A stretch of DNA of 64,000 nt from Macrostomum lignano (GCA_002269645.1 NIVC01003808.1:1-64000); one strand, 5' to 3'. Positions 1 through 12,663 are shown, counted from the stretch's first letter. Notes: generated from the sequence alone by a model not told the origin. Numbers and translations are program-made.

Positions 1-593
1 GAAAGCCGGAGAAAGGCCGGGACCGCACAAGAAGACCGGATCGATGAAGGGGAAAGGGATAACGAACAGTAGGAAAGAGATCTCGGTAGAAGCGGGAACA
101 CTTCCTAACTTAGCTAATGCGTTTCAGGGCTGCCCCCCCGCTACCATAGAAAAGGGGTTGGTGTGCCTACCAACCAACTGGCTCAAGGCTTATGAGTTAT
201 GACTGCTAGAGTTGAGGCTGTGACCTCGTTCAGGACAAATCCTCTTGCTTGCCGTTGCTAAGTTTTCATCCCCTCGGTTTCGAGAAGATTATATAAGTCG
301 GAGCGGAGCGCGGAAAAACGCAACCCCGCGGTTTTGCTAGAGAGTTAGCTTGGAGCTCCGTTAGGTTAACCTACCAGAATAAACATACTGTGTTCGAGTT
401 CTTTCTTGGTCTGATATCCGATCACCGAGGTGAGGATCGAGGAGGGAATTATAGCCGCCAGCCGGGAAACTGAGTATCGATAGTCGTCAGTAGTTATAGC
501 CTTCAAGTCAACGGACTGCCAACAAAACCGCTAGACTACCTATAGGAAAACATAAAGCTGAAGACACATAGAGAAGCCAGATACGAACGACAC

Positions 594-2812
594 GTGAAGA
601 GCTATATGGATTGTGAAGCTTGGGGATTGTGAAGCTTGGGGATTGTGAAGCTTGTGGATTGTGAAGCTTGGGGATTGTGAAGCTATATGGATTGTGAAGC
701 TTGGGGATTGTGAAGCTTGTGGATTGTGAAGCTATATGGATTGTGAAGCTTGTGGCTTGTGAAGCTTGGGGATTGTGAAGCTTGTGGATTGTGAAGCTTG
801 GGGATTGTGAAGCTATATGGATTGTGAAGCTTGGGGATTGTGAAGCTTGGGGATTGTGAAGCTTGTGGATTGTGAAGCTATATGGATTGTGAAGCTTGGG
901 GATTGTGAAGCTTGGGGATTGTGAAGCTTGTGGATTGTGAAGCTTGGGGATTGTGAAGCTATATGGATTGTGAAGCTTGGGGATTGTGAGGCTTGGGGAT
1001 TGTGAAGCTTGGGGATTGTGAAGCTTGTGGATTGTGAAGCTTGGGGATTGTGAAGCTTGGGGATTGTGAAGCTTGGGGATTGTGAAGCTTGGGGATTGTG
1101 AAGCTTGTGGATTGTGAAGCTTGTGGATTGTGAAGCTTGGGGATTGTAAAGCTATATGGATTGTGAAGCTTGGGGATTGTGAAGCTATATGGATTGTGAA
1201 GCTTGGGGATTGTGAAGCTTGGGGATTGTGAAGCTTGTGGATTGTGAAGCTTGTGGATTGTGAAGCTTGGGGATTGTGAAGCTATATGGATTGTGAAGCT
1301 TGGGGATTGTGAAGCTTGGGGATTGTGAAGCTTGTGGATTGTGAAGCTTGGGGATTGTGAAGCTTGTGGATTGTGAAGCTTGGGGATTGTGAAGCTGGTG
1401 GATTGTGAAGCTTGTGGATTGTGAAGCTTGTGGATTGTGAAGCTTGGGGATTGTGAAGCTATATGGATTGTGAAGCTTGGGGATTGTGAAGCTTGTGGAT
1501 TGTGAAGCTTGGGGATTGTGAAGCTATATGGATTGTGAAGCTTGGGGATTGTGAAGCTTGTGGATTGTGAAGCTTGTGGATTGTGAAGCTTGGGGATTGT
1601 AAAGCTATATGGATTGTGAAGCTTGGGGATTGTGAAGCTATATGGATTGTGAAGCTTGGGGATTGTGAAGCTTGGGGATTGTGAAGCTTGTGGATTGTGA
1701 AGCTTGTGGATTGTGAAGCTTGGGGATTGTGAAGCTATATGGATTGTGAAGCTTGGGATTGTGAAGCTTGGGGATTGTGAAGCTTGTGGATTGTGAAGCT
1801 TGGGGATTGTGAAGCTTGAGGATTGTGAAGCTTGGGGATTGTGAAGCTGGTGGATTGTGAAGCTTGTGGATTGTGAAGCTTGTGGATTGTGAAGCTTGGG
1901 GATTGTGAAGCTATATGGATTGTGAAGCTTGGGGATTGTGAAGCTTGGGGATTGTGAAGCTTGGGGATTGTGAAGCTTGGGGATTGTGAAGCTTGGGGAT
2001 TGTGAAGCTCGGGGATTGTGAAGCTCGGGGATTGTGAAGCTTGAGAATTGTGAAGCTTTTGGATTTAGAAGCTTTTGGGTTGTGAAGCTCGGGGATTGTG
2101 AAGCTCGGGATTGTGAAGCTTGTGGATTGTGAAGCTCGGGGATTGTAAAGCTTTTGGGTTGTGAAGCTCAGGGATTGTGAAGCTCGGGGATTGTGAAGCT
2201 TGTGGATTATGAATCTCGGGGATTGTAAAGCTTGTGCATTGTGAAGCTCGGGGATTGTGAAGCTCGGGGATTGTGAAGCTCGGGGATTGTGAAGCTCGGG
2301 ATTGTGAAGCTCGGGGATTGTGAAGCTTTTGGATTTAGAAGCTTTTGGGTTGTGAAGCTCGGGATTGTGAAGCTTTTGGGCTGTGAAGCTCGGGGATTGT
2401 GAAGCTCGGGGATTGTGAAGCTCGGGGATTGTGAAGCTTGTGGATTGTGAAGCTCGGGGATTGTGAAGCTCGGGGATTGTGAAGCTTGTGGATTATGAAG
2501 CTCGGGGATTGTAAAGCTTGTGGATTGTGAAGCTCGGGGATTGTGAAGCTCGGGGATTGTGAAGCTTTTGGGTTGTGAAGCTCGGGGATTGTGAAGCTTT
2601 TGGGTTGTGAAGCTCGGGGATTGTGAAGCTCGGGGATTGTGAAGCTTGTGGATTGTGAAGCTCGGGGATTGTGAAGCTTGTGGATTATGAAGCTCGGGGA
2701 TTGTGAAGCTTGAGGATTGTGAAGCTTGTGGATTGTGAAGCTCGGGGATTGTGAAGCTTGAGGATTGTGAAGCTCGGGAATTGTGAAGCTCGGGGATTGT
2801 GAAGCTCGGGAA
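594..2812. repeat. 16-bp minisatellite array (GGATTGTGAAGCTTGG and variants), about 135-140 units
   Basis: Continuous tandem units. Variants -TTGG/-TTGT/-ATAT dominate the left part and -CTCG the right part from about 2010. Confidence 0.97.
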
Positions 2813-3032
2813 CGTACAGTAAATTCAGGGATTGTGAAATTTGAGCGATTTAAAATTACTCGTAGTTTGAAATTTAAGGAAATTTAAATTATACATGTAG
2901 GAAAATCTCTTTCTAATCTGAGTAAATTTTATAACACTTGTTGGATATTTATTAGAAACTGAGCGATTGCATTTTTTCACGCATTTGACTTCCGAATCGA
3001 TTAGATGTATATAAATTCATTTTCCAACCTAA

Positions 3033-3572
3033 ATGTGCTGCCTCCTACCCGGCTGTCAGTTCGCAGAGATGCAGTCTCATCAAACGCTATACACGGTTAT
3101 GTCTCAGCCGCAGCCGTACCCGTCTGCGGTGGTTGGCCAGCAGCCGGTGCCACAGCATCCGCCGCAGCCGTCCCCGTCTGCGATGGTTGGCCGGCAGCCG
3201 AGGCCACAGCATCCGCCGCAGCAGTGCCAGTCGAACTCCGACCTGTGCAGCTGCTTTGATGACGACTGCGATTGCTGCCTGACCGATTGCGGCCCCTGCG
3301 AGCTCTGCTGCTGCATCTCGGAGTGTATGGGTGAATAGTGCTGCACCCCGATCTGTCTTGGCTGCCTCGGCAGCTCCGTGACTCTCATCGCCTACCGAGT
3401 GAAGCTGAGGGCCAGGTACAACATCCAGGGCAGCATCTTGGACGACTGTTGCACCACGGTGTGCTGCGCCAGCTGCATGCAGTGTCAGATCAAGAGGGAG
3501 CTGAACTACATTGAGAACCAGCTGGGCTGCAAGCCGGCCGGCTTTTTGAGAAATGAGAACTTGAGAACTTGA
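3033..3572 (+). pseudogene. PLAC8/cornifelin-family Cys-rich protein, intronless, interrupted by in-frame TAG at 3336-3338
   Basis: ORFs 3033-3338 and 3378-3572 are in the same frame. Read-through gives DLCSCFDDDCDCCLTDCGPCELCCCISECMGE*CCTPICLGCLGSSVTLIAYRVKLRARYNIQGSILDDCCTTVCCASCMQCQIKREL, the typical PLAC8 pattern. The start may be the ATG at 3069, after tcgcag|ag. A 54-bp internal duplication encodes QP-rich repeats. Confidence 0.8.
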
Positions 3573-3619
3573 GAACTAGGGATTTATTGGCGACTGGGGT
3601 GGCACGCCTTTTGGAGTGT

Positions 3620-3895
3620 GGGCGTCTGTGGTAGGGAGCTTTGGGTGTCTGTGGTAGGGAGCTGTGGGTGTCTGTGGTAGGGAGCTGTGGGTGTCTGTGG
3701 TAGGGAGACGTGGAGTGTCTATGCTAGAGAGACGTGGGGTGTCTATGCTAGAGAGACGTGGAGTGTCTATGCTAGAGAGACGTGGAGTGTCTATGCTAGA
3801 GAGACGTGGGGTGTCTATGCTAGAGAGACGTGGGGTGTCTATGCTAGAGAGACGTGGGGTGCCTATGCTAGAGAGACGTGGGGTGTCTATGGTAG
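3620..3895. repeat. Minisatellite, mainly 24-bp GTCTATGCTAGAGAGACGTGGGGT
   Basis: Direct tandem units; accounts for ORFs 3664-3921 and part of 3687-4226. Confidence 0.93.
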
Positions 3896-3929
3896 GTTGC
3901 GCGGAAAAGTTTCTTTTTTAATTTGTATT

Positions 3930-4200
3930 CTGAGGTGTGGGAATCGGGACTGGGGTGTGGGAATCGGGACTGGGGTGTGGGAATCGGGACTGGGGTGTGG
4001 GAATCGGGGCTGGGGTGTGGGAATCGGGACTGAGGTGTGGGAATCGGGACTGAGGTGTGGGAATCGGGGCTGGGGTGTGGGAATCGGGACTGAGGTTTGG
4101 GAATCGGGACTGAGGTGTGGGAATCGGGGCTGGGGTGTGGGAATCGGGACTGAGGTTTGGGAATCGGGACTGAGGTGTGGGAATCGGGATTGGGGTGTGA
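3930..4200. repeat. 20-bp minisatellite GGGAATCGGGACTGGGGTGT
   Basis: About 13 tandem units. Confidence 0.93.
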
Positions 4201-4924
4201 GGTCAGAGAAGTGTGCACATCGATGACTCACAATCGTGTCGGAGTGTCTGATGCGATTAACAATGGTTAAACAAAAAATTGACAAGTTAATTGCCCTGCG
4301 TGAGCACGTCAGAGCAATTAATATTAGTATATTAGTAAAGACAATTAATTTCGGTATAATTAAAACCACATCTGGGCCAGTCGAATGTCCAGATTAATGG
4401 GGAAAAACTTTTTCCTCTAAACTAACAATTAAAAAAAATCTTCCGCAGCACTGGGGACTACGCAATCTAGGAACTACAGACACATATCTATATCTCGCGG
4501 AAATTAAGCTACAAAAATATTAATATATCATAATTCAGTAAACCTGCCAGTTGAGTAATTTACAACAAGCGAACAGTATAGAGTATAGGTGTTAGCGACA
4601 TGCTGAGGATTACGTGATCAAGTGATTAAATAATTAAGCAGGACACCGAGAGGTGCAGTCTTCTTGAGCGTAACACTTTCACTTTGGCAACGGGGGACGT
4701 AATTGACCTGACACCCATCTAATTTGCAATTAAAATAAATAATGGTATTCATTATATCAGAAAAATAGTGATTTCTTATAACGCATCAAGAAAGAGGTGG
4801 CCACTCTCTAGAAACAATGACGTCATAGTTGAGTTCAAGGTCAGTTTAAAAGCACTGAGTACTTTAAACAATGCTGTTACTTTGATTTTTTAACGACTAC
4901 GCAACCCTTTAAGGTCATTCTACG

Positions 4925-5055
4925 CGATGACGTCATATTTCAAATAGTTTAACCCGATGAAGTCATCTTCGAATATTTTAACCCGATGACGTCATCGTTA
5001 AAATATTTTAACATGATGACGTCATCTTTCAAATATTTTAACCCGATGACGTCAC
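4925..5055. repeat. 30-bp tandem repeat carrying TGACGTCA (CRE-type) palindromes
   Basis: TGACGTCA at 4928, 4987, 5017 and 5047; TGAAGTCA at 4957; one more at 4818. Confidence 0.85.
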
Positions 5056-5216
5056 AGGGCTGTAGCGACGTTACTAATCGTCATAATCAAGGTCGTTTAA
5101 ATGTATAAAAATGACAATGATCATTCATGAACGGTCATTAATAATGCCGTCATAATTTCCAGAAGCAGTGAGCACATCCAGACCCTCATCTATAGCTAAA
5201 AATCGGCAAGGAAACC

Positions 5217-7732
5217 TTATTGAGGCGGCACCAGGCGCGATTTTTCGCCGTCGGTTTGTTTCGCGTTGCGACATTTTCGCACCTGTCGATAAATAAGCAA
5301 GCTGCATACGGGCACCACGCACAGGACGCACACTATAGCCATTACCAAGGCTGTTATGAACAGGATCTCGTAGTTCTGATTGGCCTGAAAGTAGGCGCAA
5401 TCCCAGGCGGATGGGGAGTACACCGTGCCGGGGTAGGGCAGCGGCCCGGTCAGATTCGAGGCCGGGACCGCCTTGGTGAAGGTGTTGCAGGTGGACTGCG
5501 CAAATCCGATTCGGCGCTTGGCACGGTCAAAGATTACGTAATAGCCTTCCATGAGCACCGCGCCTGCGGTATCGATTGGAGGCATATTTTAAGGTCATGT
5601 TTTATGACATGAAGTTGTATTGGTGACAGGTAGAATTGGTGACAGGTGGAAATGGTGACGGATAGAATTGATGACAGGTAGAAATGGTGACGGATAGAAT
5701 TAGTGACAGGTTGAATTGGTGACGGTTTGAATTGGTGACGGGTGGAACTGGTGACGGGTAGAACTGGTGACAGTTTGAATTGGTGACAGTTTGAATTGAT
5801 CCACAAAAGTTCAATTAAGCTTACCAAGAATGGCACCCTTTTTCGAGCCTTGCAGACCGAACTTGAAGCAGTCCTTGCCGGGTATGTCAAACACTTCGCC
5901 AACATAGCGCAGGTACTGCTGCGGACTGAGATGGAGATCGATCTGCTGCCGGTCTGAGTACAGCAAGCTAAATGTGAGCATAGGGAAGAGCTTCCATGGC
6001 CCGGTCTTCTCCGACAGGCAGAGCAGGGTTTCGCCCCGGTAAAACCGGTTCCCCACGCCGGTGATTTGGCTTGCTAGCTGACTGATGATTTTGGTAAAAA
6101 CGCGCATTGGCAACCGGATATCCGTTGTGCCGGAGTCTACGATTGTCTTATCCATGTTGTACTCTTTGCAGTCCATGCCCAGAGAAGTGCCGTTCATTTT
6201 TATGTCAACAATTACCACTTCGTAGTACCTTTGGGAGTGCGCGTTTATTAATTTTGTGATTCTATTTTATGTTCTTTATTCATGTACATTTATTGATTTT
6301 ATTGCTATTTCTGTGTACGTACAATGTACATCTAATCATTTTCCTACCCCCTCCTCGGGCTAGAGAGGTTTCTGAAATGTACAGGGGTAAATGTACATCT
6401 ACCCCCTCCTCGGGGCTCGGGCTAGAGAGATGTCGATGGAATTTACACTCGCCCATCCAACCATTTTTTTTACCCCTTATTCAGGCTAGGGAGAGGTCTC
6501 TGGAATGTAAACTCGTAACTCGTCCATCCAACCAATTTTCCTATCCCCTTTCTCGGGTCAGAGAGGTCTGGAATGCACACATACCCATCCAATCAATTTT
6601 CCTGCCCCTTTCCTCAAACTAGAAGTCTCTGAAATGTACACTCGCTCCTCTATCAGACTTTCCTGAGTTGAGCTAGGGACGCGTCTGAAACTCACCACTC
6701 CTTGCGAATCGGCACGTACAGCAGCGGGCCGCGCATCAGCTTCGGATCCACGCCGCCCAAAGTCAACGAGCCGTCCATGGCGTTGGAGGCATTGGAAGAA
6801 GTTGCAGCTGCACGGGTCGTGCCGCACAGTTGCAATGCGAATACATCTGTCAGGCCCCATTGCTCTACTAGGCTATCGAAGAAAGTTTTAATTTTGGGAT
6901 GCGGACTGGCAATGTGGCTGTAAGCCATGCCTAGAATGCCCTGCCAATCGGCTGTGTGTATAAAAAACTTTTTACTCGAATCGATGACGGCAATGTACGG
7001 CCGAATGGTCCTATTAGGATAGAATGACATCCGGACGAGGTCGGTTGCCAGGTGGCCGTTCCAGCGGCCCTGGGTGTAGGGCACGTACACGGACTGGCCT
7101 TGCCAGACGATGGTGGACGACTGATCCGCGTGGAAGAAGCGTTTGATGTCGCTGTGAGGCTTGCCGGCCACTGCGAAATTGCTGCTGCCCGTGTCGATGA
7201 GAATGTTGAACTGCCGGGGACATTGGTGGGTGCGCATGTTTGGGGGTTCGAGTCAGGTTATTACGGACAATGTCTAATACCAATTGATTAGGATTCTAAC
7301 GCAAAATATCCCATACCGTCTATACCGATATACCTGTGATCCCAATACACAATATCTCATTACTAAATTGCGTACCAAAAGTCCTAACCTAGAGTAATAA
7401 AAAAATAAAAAACTAGATTGAGTAGCCAAAGAGCTCACCAACTGAGGTGGCGTGCCGATGCCCATCTCCAGACAATAGCCCTGACCAGGCGAGCCTTTCA
7501 GATTGCGCTCACTAGTCTCGAACGGTACAAAAGAGCGCTTGGAGAGCTCCTGGTAGCCGTGCACCGACTTGCCGCCGGGAATCAGGTAGCGCAGATGTCT
7601 CAGACCGATGGAGAAACCGCTTGTCCTAGCAGAGTCCTCACCAGTAGCCGAGCGTTGCAACGATGCACTAATAATGACAATCAGACGAACTAGTGTTGTT
7701 ACTGACCTCAACAAACCGATTGATGACGTCAT
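5217..7732 (-). CDS. BACE1: Beta-secretase (BACE-like) membrane aspartic protease, 4 exons, about 519 aa
   Basis: Exons 7732-7439, 7210-6696, 6228-5825 and 5563-5217; GT-AG and phases are consistent, total 1560 nt. Catalytic motifs NILIDTGSSNFAV and IVDSGTTDIRLP, plus GAVLMEGYYVIFDRAKRRIGFA. N-terminal hydrophobic segment, C-terminal TM helix (ILFITALVMAIVCVLCVVPVCSLLIY) and a short tail. Confidence 0.93.
5615..5800. repeat. Intronic ~20-bp repeat (GAATTGGTGACAGGT core) in BACE intron 3
   Basis: Degenerate tandem units between the exons. Confidence 0.85.
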
Positions 7733-9478
7733 CCTTCTCTAAAAGGCAACGCGAGCTCTCGTTCTCCCTATCTATTACTCGCTCTCTCGTAATTCGTTTT
7801 CGCCTAGCAAGCTTCCACTTCTCTGAGGATCTAGTCTTCAAGCAAGTAAAAAACGTTTTAATCAATCTGAGTCGGGGCTTGTGTGCTACTACTGGGTTAA
7901 AGAAGTCAGGACAACATATTATACTGCTAAAGTTTGTGCGTGCATTGCTATTGCAGTGAAGATTTGGAATGCCAATCCACAAGGATAATAGAAAGAAACA
8001 GATGGCCACTGTGCCAGGCGGTGCATGCGATCAGGTCCTCCCTTTCTCTCCACTCCCACTCGCGACTTCAATAATAAAAGACAGCCAGCCAGCCCCCGCA
8101 CAAATTGGCCACGGACTGATCATGGATAGGCTAAGTACATTAGGAAAGTTAAAGGCAGTGTTTAACTGATCGGCCCGGCGGGGGCGCTGGTGTACAGTGT
8201 GTGGTTCTGGGGTGGCGGGCGCAAAGGGTTTGAGTTTTATGGCGACGGGTCCAATCCCCCACCCCTCCCGATCAGGCCGCAGTCGAACAAACTTAATAGA
8301 TACCCCCACCCAATCCAAAATAGTTTCAGGGGTTCAGCATAGAAAAATAGCCGAAAACCCCACCAATGACTATATTAGTTGAAATCGATTGTTGAAACCC
8401 ACCACCTCACCACCAACACACTAGGCCAAAAAACAGGCGAGTTCACGCACGGTAGGCGTTCATGCGTGTCATATGCACTAATAACTCATTGATTGACTTG
8501 CAGTTGCAGGCAAAGACAATTTTGCTTCTTTCAGCTTACAGTAGCTATTTGAAAAAAGCTCGAAACTTAGTTTGAAATTGCAGTCGAAGAGCGCGTTACT
8601 CCAAGTCCTAGTCATAGGAGAACTCTCTTCCACACCAGCCATAACGTTCGCGTTTGCGCTCTCTTCTCCCGGTCGATCTTGCAGCAATTTTAGTCTGTAC
8701 AAGAGAAGCTCATTTAACAATAAGCAATTGAGTTCTCCTCACAGCTAATGATATTTGCCTACAACAGCTATAATATTACTAAAAATAATACCCACGTCCC
8801 ACTGCCATACAGGAGGGCAGTCTAAACTTTCAATTGATTAATCCAGTCATTAGGGGTCATTAAAACTAAAAATTACTACTTTAAGTAGTATTTCTAATAG
8901 CACGAACCGCTTTTACGATCCTTAATTGATTACAAGCTGAGAGTACTGCAAAAATCTGCTATCAACGGCTGTGAAGTCCTTGTGAATTTTAGGGGATATG
9001 ATGATGAAGCTTAGGAGAAAAAAATAAAGAGATCAGATAGACGTTTTCTAGGCAAAGTTATTCTTCATGACATTATGACAGGTTATAAAATATTAATTTT
9101 TATATTTTGCATGCCAGACAGCAAGTAAAAATGCAAAACAGAGAATAGACAATATCTTCAATGTAGTAAAACTCAGCTAACAGAAGAAATAAATTCAGAA
9201 GATACTGGTAGAATCACAGATAATATACTATTAATTATCAACAATTTACAATTGGCAAAATATGAGCATTATGAAATTTGTTAACTGGTTCCCAGAGGTC
9301 CCGGGTTCGAATATTCAGTAACCCTATGGTTTATCCAAGGAGGAGCACCATATGACCCCACAATCCGTTGGCATCTAAGCAATACCCAACCCAATAAGCC
9401 TTTGCAACAGAGTAGCGGAAAGGTTTAATCAGCCTGCCGATATGTATCGAAAATTAGGTTTCATAGTGACTAGAAGAG

Positions 9479-11290
9479 TCAAAGCTCTTCGTGCAGCGCC
9501 ATGCCGGCATTGACCAGCTTGGACCCGATAAATACGCTATAGTGATCCAGCATCTCGGCCAGGCTCAATGCTCCATCTTTGTTGGCGTCGGCGGCTCGCA
9601 TGAGCACGGCGGCCTCCCTGGCGGCCATGGCCCGGCCCTCCGGCTGCAGGTAGGCGCGCAGTTCTTCACGATCGGCCCGGCCGTCCCGGTTGAAATCAAC
9701 TCGCTGATCGAATTCGTCCGCTCGAAGTTGCTGCTGGGCGGAGCTGTCCGCTTCCCGCTGCTGGGCCTCGCCGTCGCCGAATGGCAGCTCTTCAACGATA
9801 CGCGACTCAGGCGGCGACATGAACTCGCTGCGGGTGATGATCTGCGGTGCGGTGGGGGCAACCCGATTGGGTTGGCGGTAAAGTCAGTGGTAGAGTGGTT
9901 GAGTGAGGTCAGCGGTAGATGGGCGGGGTAGAGTCAGCGGTAGATGGGTGGGGTGGAGTCAGCGGTAGATGGGTGGGGTGCAGTCAGCGGTAGATGGGCG
10001 GGGTGGAGCCCCTACTCACCTGGTCGGCATTCCTATCCAGCGCAGCGAAGGCATCCTCCAAGCGATTCTCCAGCGTGGCGTTGCACAGTTCCGAGTGCTG
10101 GAAGCAGACGAATTCGTCCGCATCGAGCCAGCCGTCAGCGTCAGCGTCTGCCTGAGCCCAGCGGTGATGGTTGAGCGCCAGCTGCCTGCGATGTTCGGTT
10201 TGATAGGAAAGAATACTATTGTGTTGGCACAGTTGATTTTGAATGCGAGATGATAGTTGATGGCTGGGTCATTTAGGCTGGGATTTGGTAGGGATGGGGT
10301 ATTTTGGAATAGGACTTCGTGGAGATGGGGTATTTTGGAATAGGACTTCGTGGAGATGGGGTATTTTGGAATAGGATTTCATGGAGATGGGGTATTTTGG
10401 AATAGGATTTCATGGAGATGGGGTATTTTGGAATAGGATTTCATGGAGATGGGGTATTTTGGAATAGGATTTCGTGGAGATGGGGTATTTTGGAATAGGA
10501 TTTCATGGAGATGGGGTATTTTGGAATAGGATTTCATGGAGATGGGGTATTTTGGAATAGGATTTCGTGGAGATGGGGTATTTTGGAATAGGATTTCATG
10601 GAGATGGGGTATTTTGGAATAGGATTTCATGGAGATGGGGTATTTTGGAATAGGATTTCATGGAGATGGGGTATTTTGGAATAGGATTTGACGGAGATGG
10701 GGTATTTTGGAATAGGAATTCACGGGACGGGGGATCGCGCACCTGGCCTGATCGTCCGACAGCCGATAAGAGGTGACATCGTCGGCAAAGGCCAGGACCA
10801 CAGTCCGGTTGCCGGTCAGGGCGGACATCAGCTCCACCGTGTAGTGGCGAAGGCTCAGTCTCGGTGGCTGCTGCTGCTGATCCCGCTGAACCGAGGCGAT
10901 CAGCGCGGCGAAGACCAGCTGGCTGGAGTTCCTGGCCGCGGCCTCGTGCTCGGCCACAGAGCCGGCGATTCTGCCGGCCAGCTCGGTCGGGCTCAGCCGG
11001 CCGTCCGAGTTGGTGTCGATGCGCGGGAATAGCGCAGTTAAAATTTTGCGCGCCTCGGCGCCGCTCGAAGGCCGGACGGAGTCGTGCGCTTCGCCGAACA
11101 GCACTTCGCGGACGAAGTCGCGGTTAATGTGGGTGTCGGACTCCAACCGAACCGCGTCCGCGTGGTCAGCCGGGAGCAGGTGCTGCGGCAGGGTCGACTG
11201 GCTGCCGGCTTGGACGGGAGGCGAGCAGGATTTGCGTGGCAAAAGCAACAGATGCAGAAGCAGAAATTGAGACAAAACTGTCAACGGCAT
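9479..11290 (-). CDS. SDF4: Cab45/SDF4 (CREC-family secretory EF-hand Ca-binding protein), 3 exons, about 358 aa
   Basis: Exons 11290-10743, 10185-10020 and 9841-9479 (1077 nt). Signal peptide; DAVRLESDTHINRDFVREVLFG resembles the Cab45 N-terminal motif; EF loops DTNSDGRLSPTE, DADADGWLDADE, DRNADQIITRSE, DFNRDGRADREE and DANKDGALSLAE; C-terminus GSKLV...HEEL. Confidence 0.88.
9885..10005. repeat. ~25-bp intronic repeat (GTCAGCGGTAGATGGG...) in SDF4 intron 2
   Basis: 4-5 tandem units. Confidence 0.8.
10285..10720. repeat. 31-bp minisatellite GGAGATGGGGTATTTTGGAATAGGATTTCAT filling SDF4 intron 1
   Basis: About 14 near-identical units. Confidence 0.95.
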
Positions 11291-11379
11291 TGGCTGCGGG
11301 TTTCCCCGGCATAAGTTTGCGTGAGATAATAAACAATTCTGAAACTTAAGCCACTGTGCATTCTAGAGAATGGGCTGTG

Positions 11380-12005
11380 TGTACTCTAGGGCAGGTTAAA
11401 GGGTATTTGAGCACTCTAGGGTGGGTCAAAGGATATTTGAGCACTCTAGAGTAGGTTAAAGGGTATTTTAGCACTCTAGGGTGGGTCAAAGGGTATTTGA
11501 GCACTCTAGGGTGGGTCAAAGGATATTTGAGCACTCTAGGGTAGGTTAAAGGGTATTTGAGCACTCTAGGGTAGGTTAAAGGGTATTTGAGCACTCTAGG
11601 GTAGTTTAGGGGTATTTGAGCACTCTAGGGCAAGTTAAAGGGTATTTGAGCACTCTAGGGCAAGTTAAAGGGTATTTGAGCACTCTAGGGCAAGTTAAAG
11701 GGTATTTGAGCACTCTAGGGTAGGTTAAAGGGTATTTGAGCACTCTAGGGTAGGTTAAAGGGTATTTGAGCACTCTAGGGCAAGTTAAAGGGTATTTGAG
11801 CACTCTAGGGTAGTTTAGGGGTATTTGAGCACTCTAGGGCAAGTTAAAGGGTATTTGAGCACTCTAGGGCAAGTTAAAGGGTATTTTAGCACTCTAGGGC
11901 AAGTTAAAGGGTATTTTAGCACTCTAGGGTGGGTCAAAGAGGATTTGAGCACTCTAGGGTGGGTCAAAGAGGATTTGAGCACTCTAGGGTGGGTCAAAGG
12001 GTATA
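11380..12005. repeat. 30-bp minisatellite GGGTATTTGAGCACTCTAGGGTAGGTTAAA
   Basis: About 20 tandem units; explains the VLKYPLTxPR ORFs. Confidence 0.95.
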
Positions 12006-12663
12006 ACTGAGCAGGGTAGGTGAAAATTGGTTGCACTATTAGGCTGCCAAAATAGATAAAGGGGAACAGCTCGGGCGTTGAAGTAAGCGAAGCAGTGAAA
12101 ATGAACACAGCGGTATTGAATTTTATATTGTTATGTCAAGAGTAAATGATACAAGTTTCTTAAAAAATTATGTATATAAAACAGTTATTGAACCTTTGAA
12201 GACGCGAGAGTAACATGGAAAAAGGACTTCTTGGAATACATTCTAATTAAGATATGTTGAGAATGATTCAAATTCAAACTTGTTCTGCATGCGGTCGCTG
12301 AATAATTTGAGCGAGAAAATTGTCTATTGAATTATCTTTAACAGGAATAGACAAGCAATGCTTAAATAAATCATATACAGCGCATTGTACACTGGAATAT
12401 TTAAATATATATTTTACGCTTATTAGCAAATCATGAATATAAAGCAAGCCTACTTACTTATAGGCCTATGACGCAGACACGGATACTAGAAAAACTAGAT
12501 GGGCCAACTCAGAAACCATTTGCGTGTAAGCTACTTTCAGTTCAGTAGTAAGTTAAAAAAAAGCATTTTAATGTATTCTTAAAGCCAAGGCTCAATTATT
12601 AGCTCTCACCCCCCCCCAGCTTGAGCCGTCCGAACACGCCTTTCCACACTATCCCCCCCCCTC

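Noticed and set aside
1-590. Unique sequence with TATATAAG and small hairpins; possible terminus of a DIRS/Penelope-like element or ribozyme
   Set aside because: No ORF, no hammerhead core (CTGATGA...GAAA) and no partner repeat in the window; truncated by the window edge.
3664-4369. Repetitive ORFs (YARETWGV, GIGTEVWES)
   Set aside because: Produced by the 24-bp and 20-bp repeats.
7919-8382. Cluster of short ORFs upstream of BACE; possible solo LTR (contains AATAAA)
   Set aside because: No TG...CA boundaries with a TSD and no recognisable protein motif.
9285-9320. tRNA-like fragments (CCCAGAGGTCCCGGGTTCGAAT; also GGCTCGATTCC at about 24022 and GGGTTTGAATC at about 56756)
   Set aside because: B-box or T-arm only, with no cloverleaf or acceptor stem; at most decayed SINE heads. 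No tRNA or rRNA gene is supported in the window.
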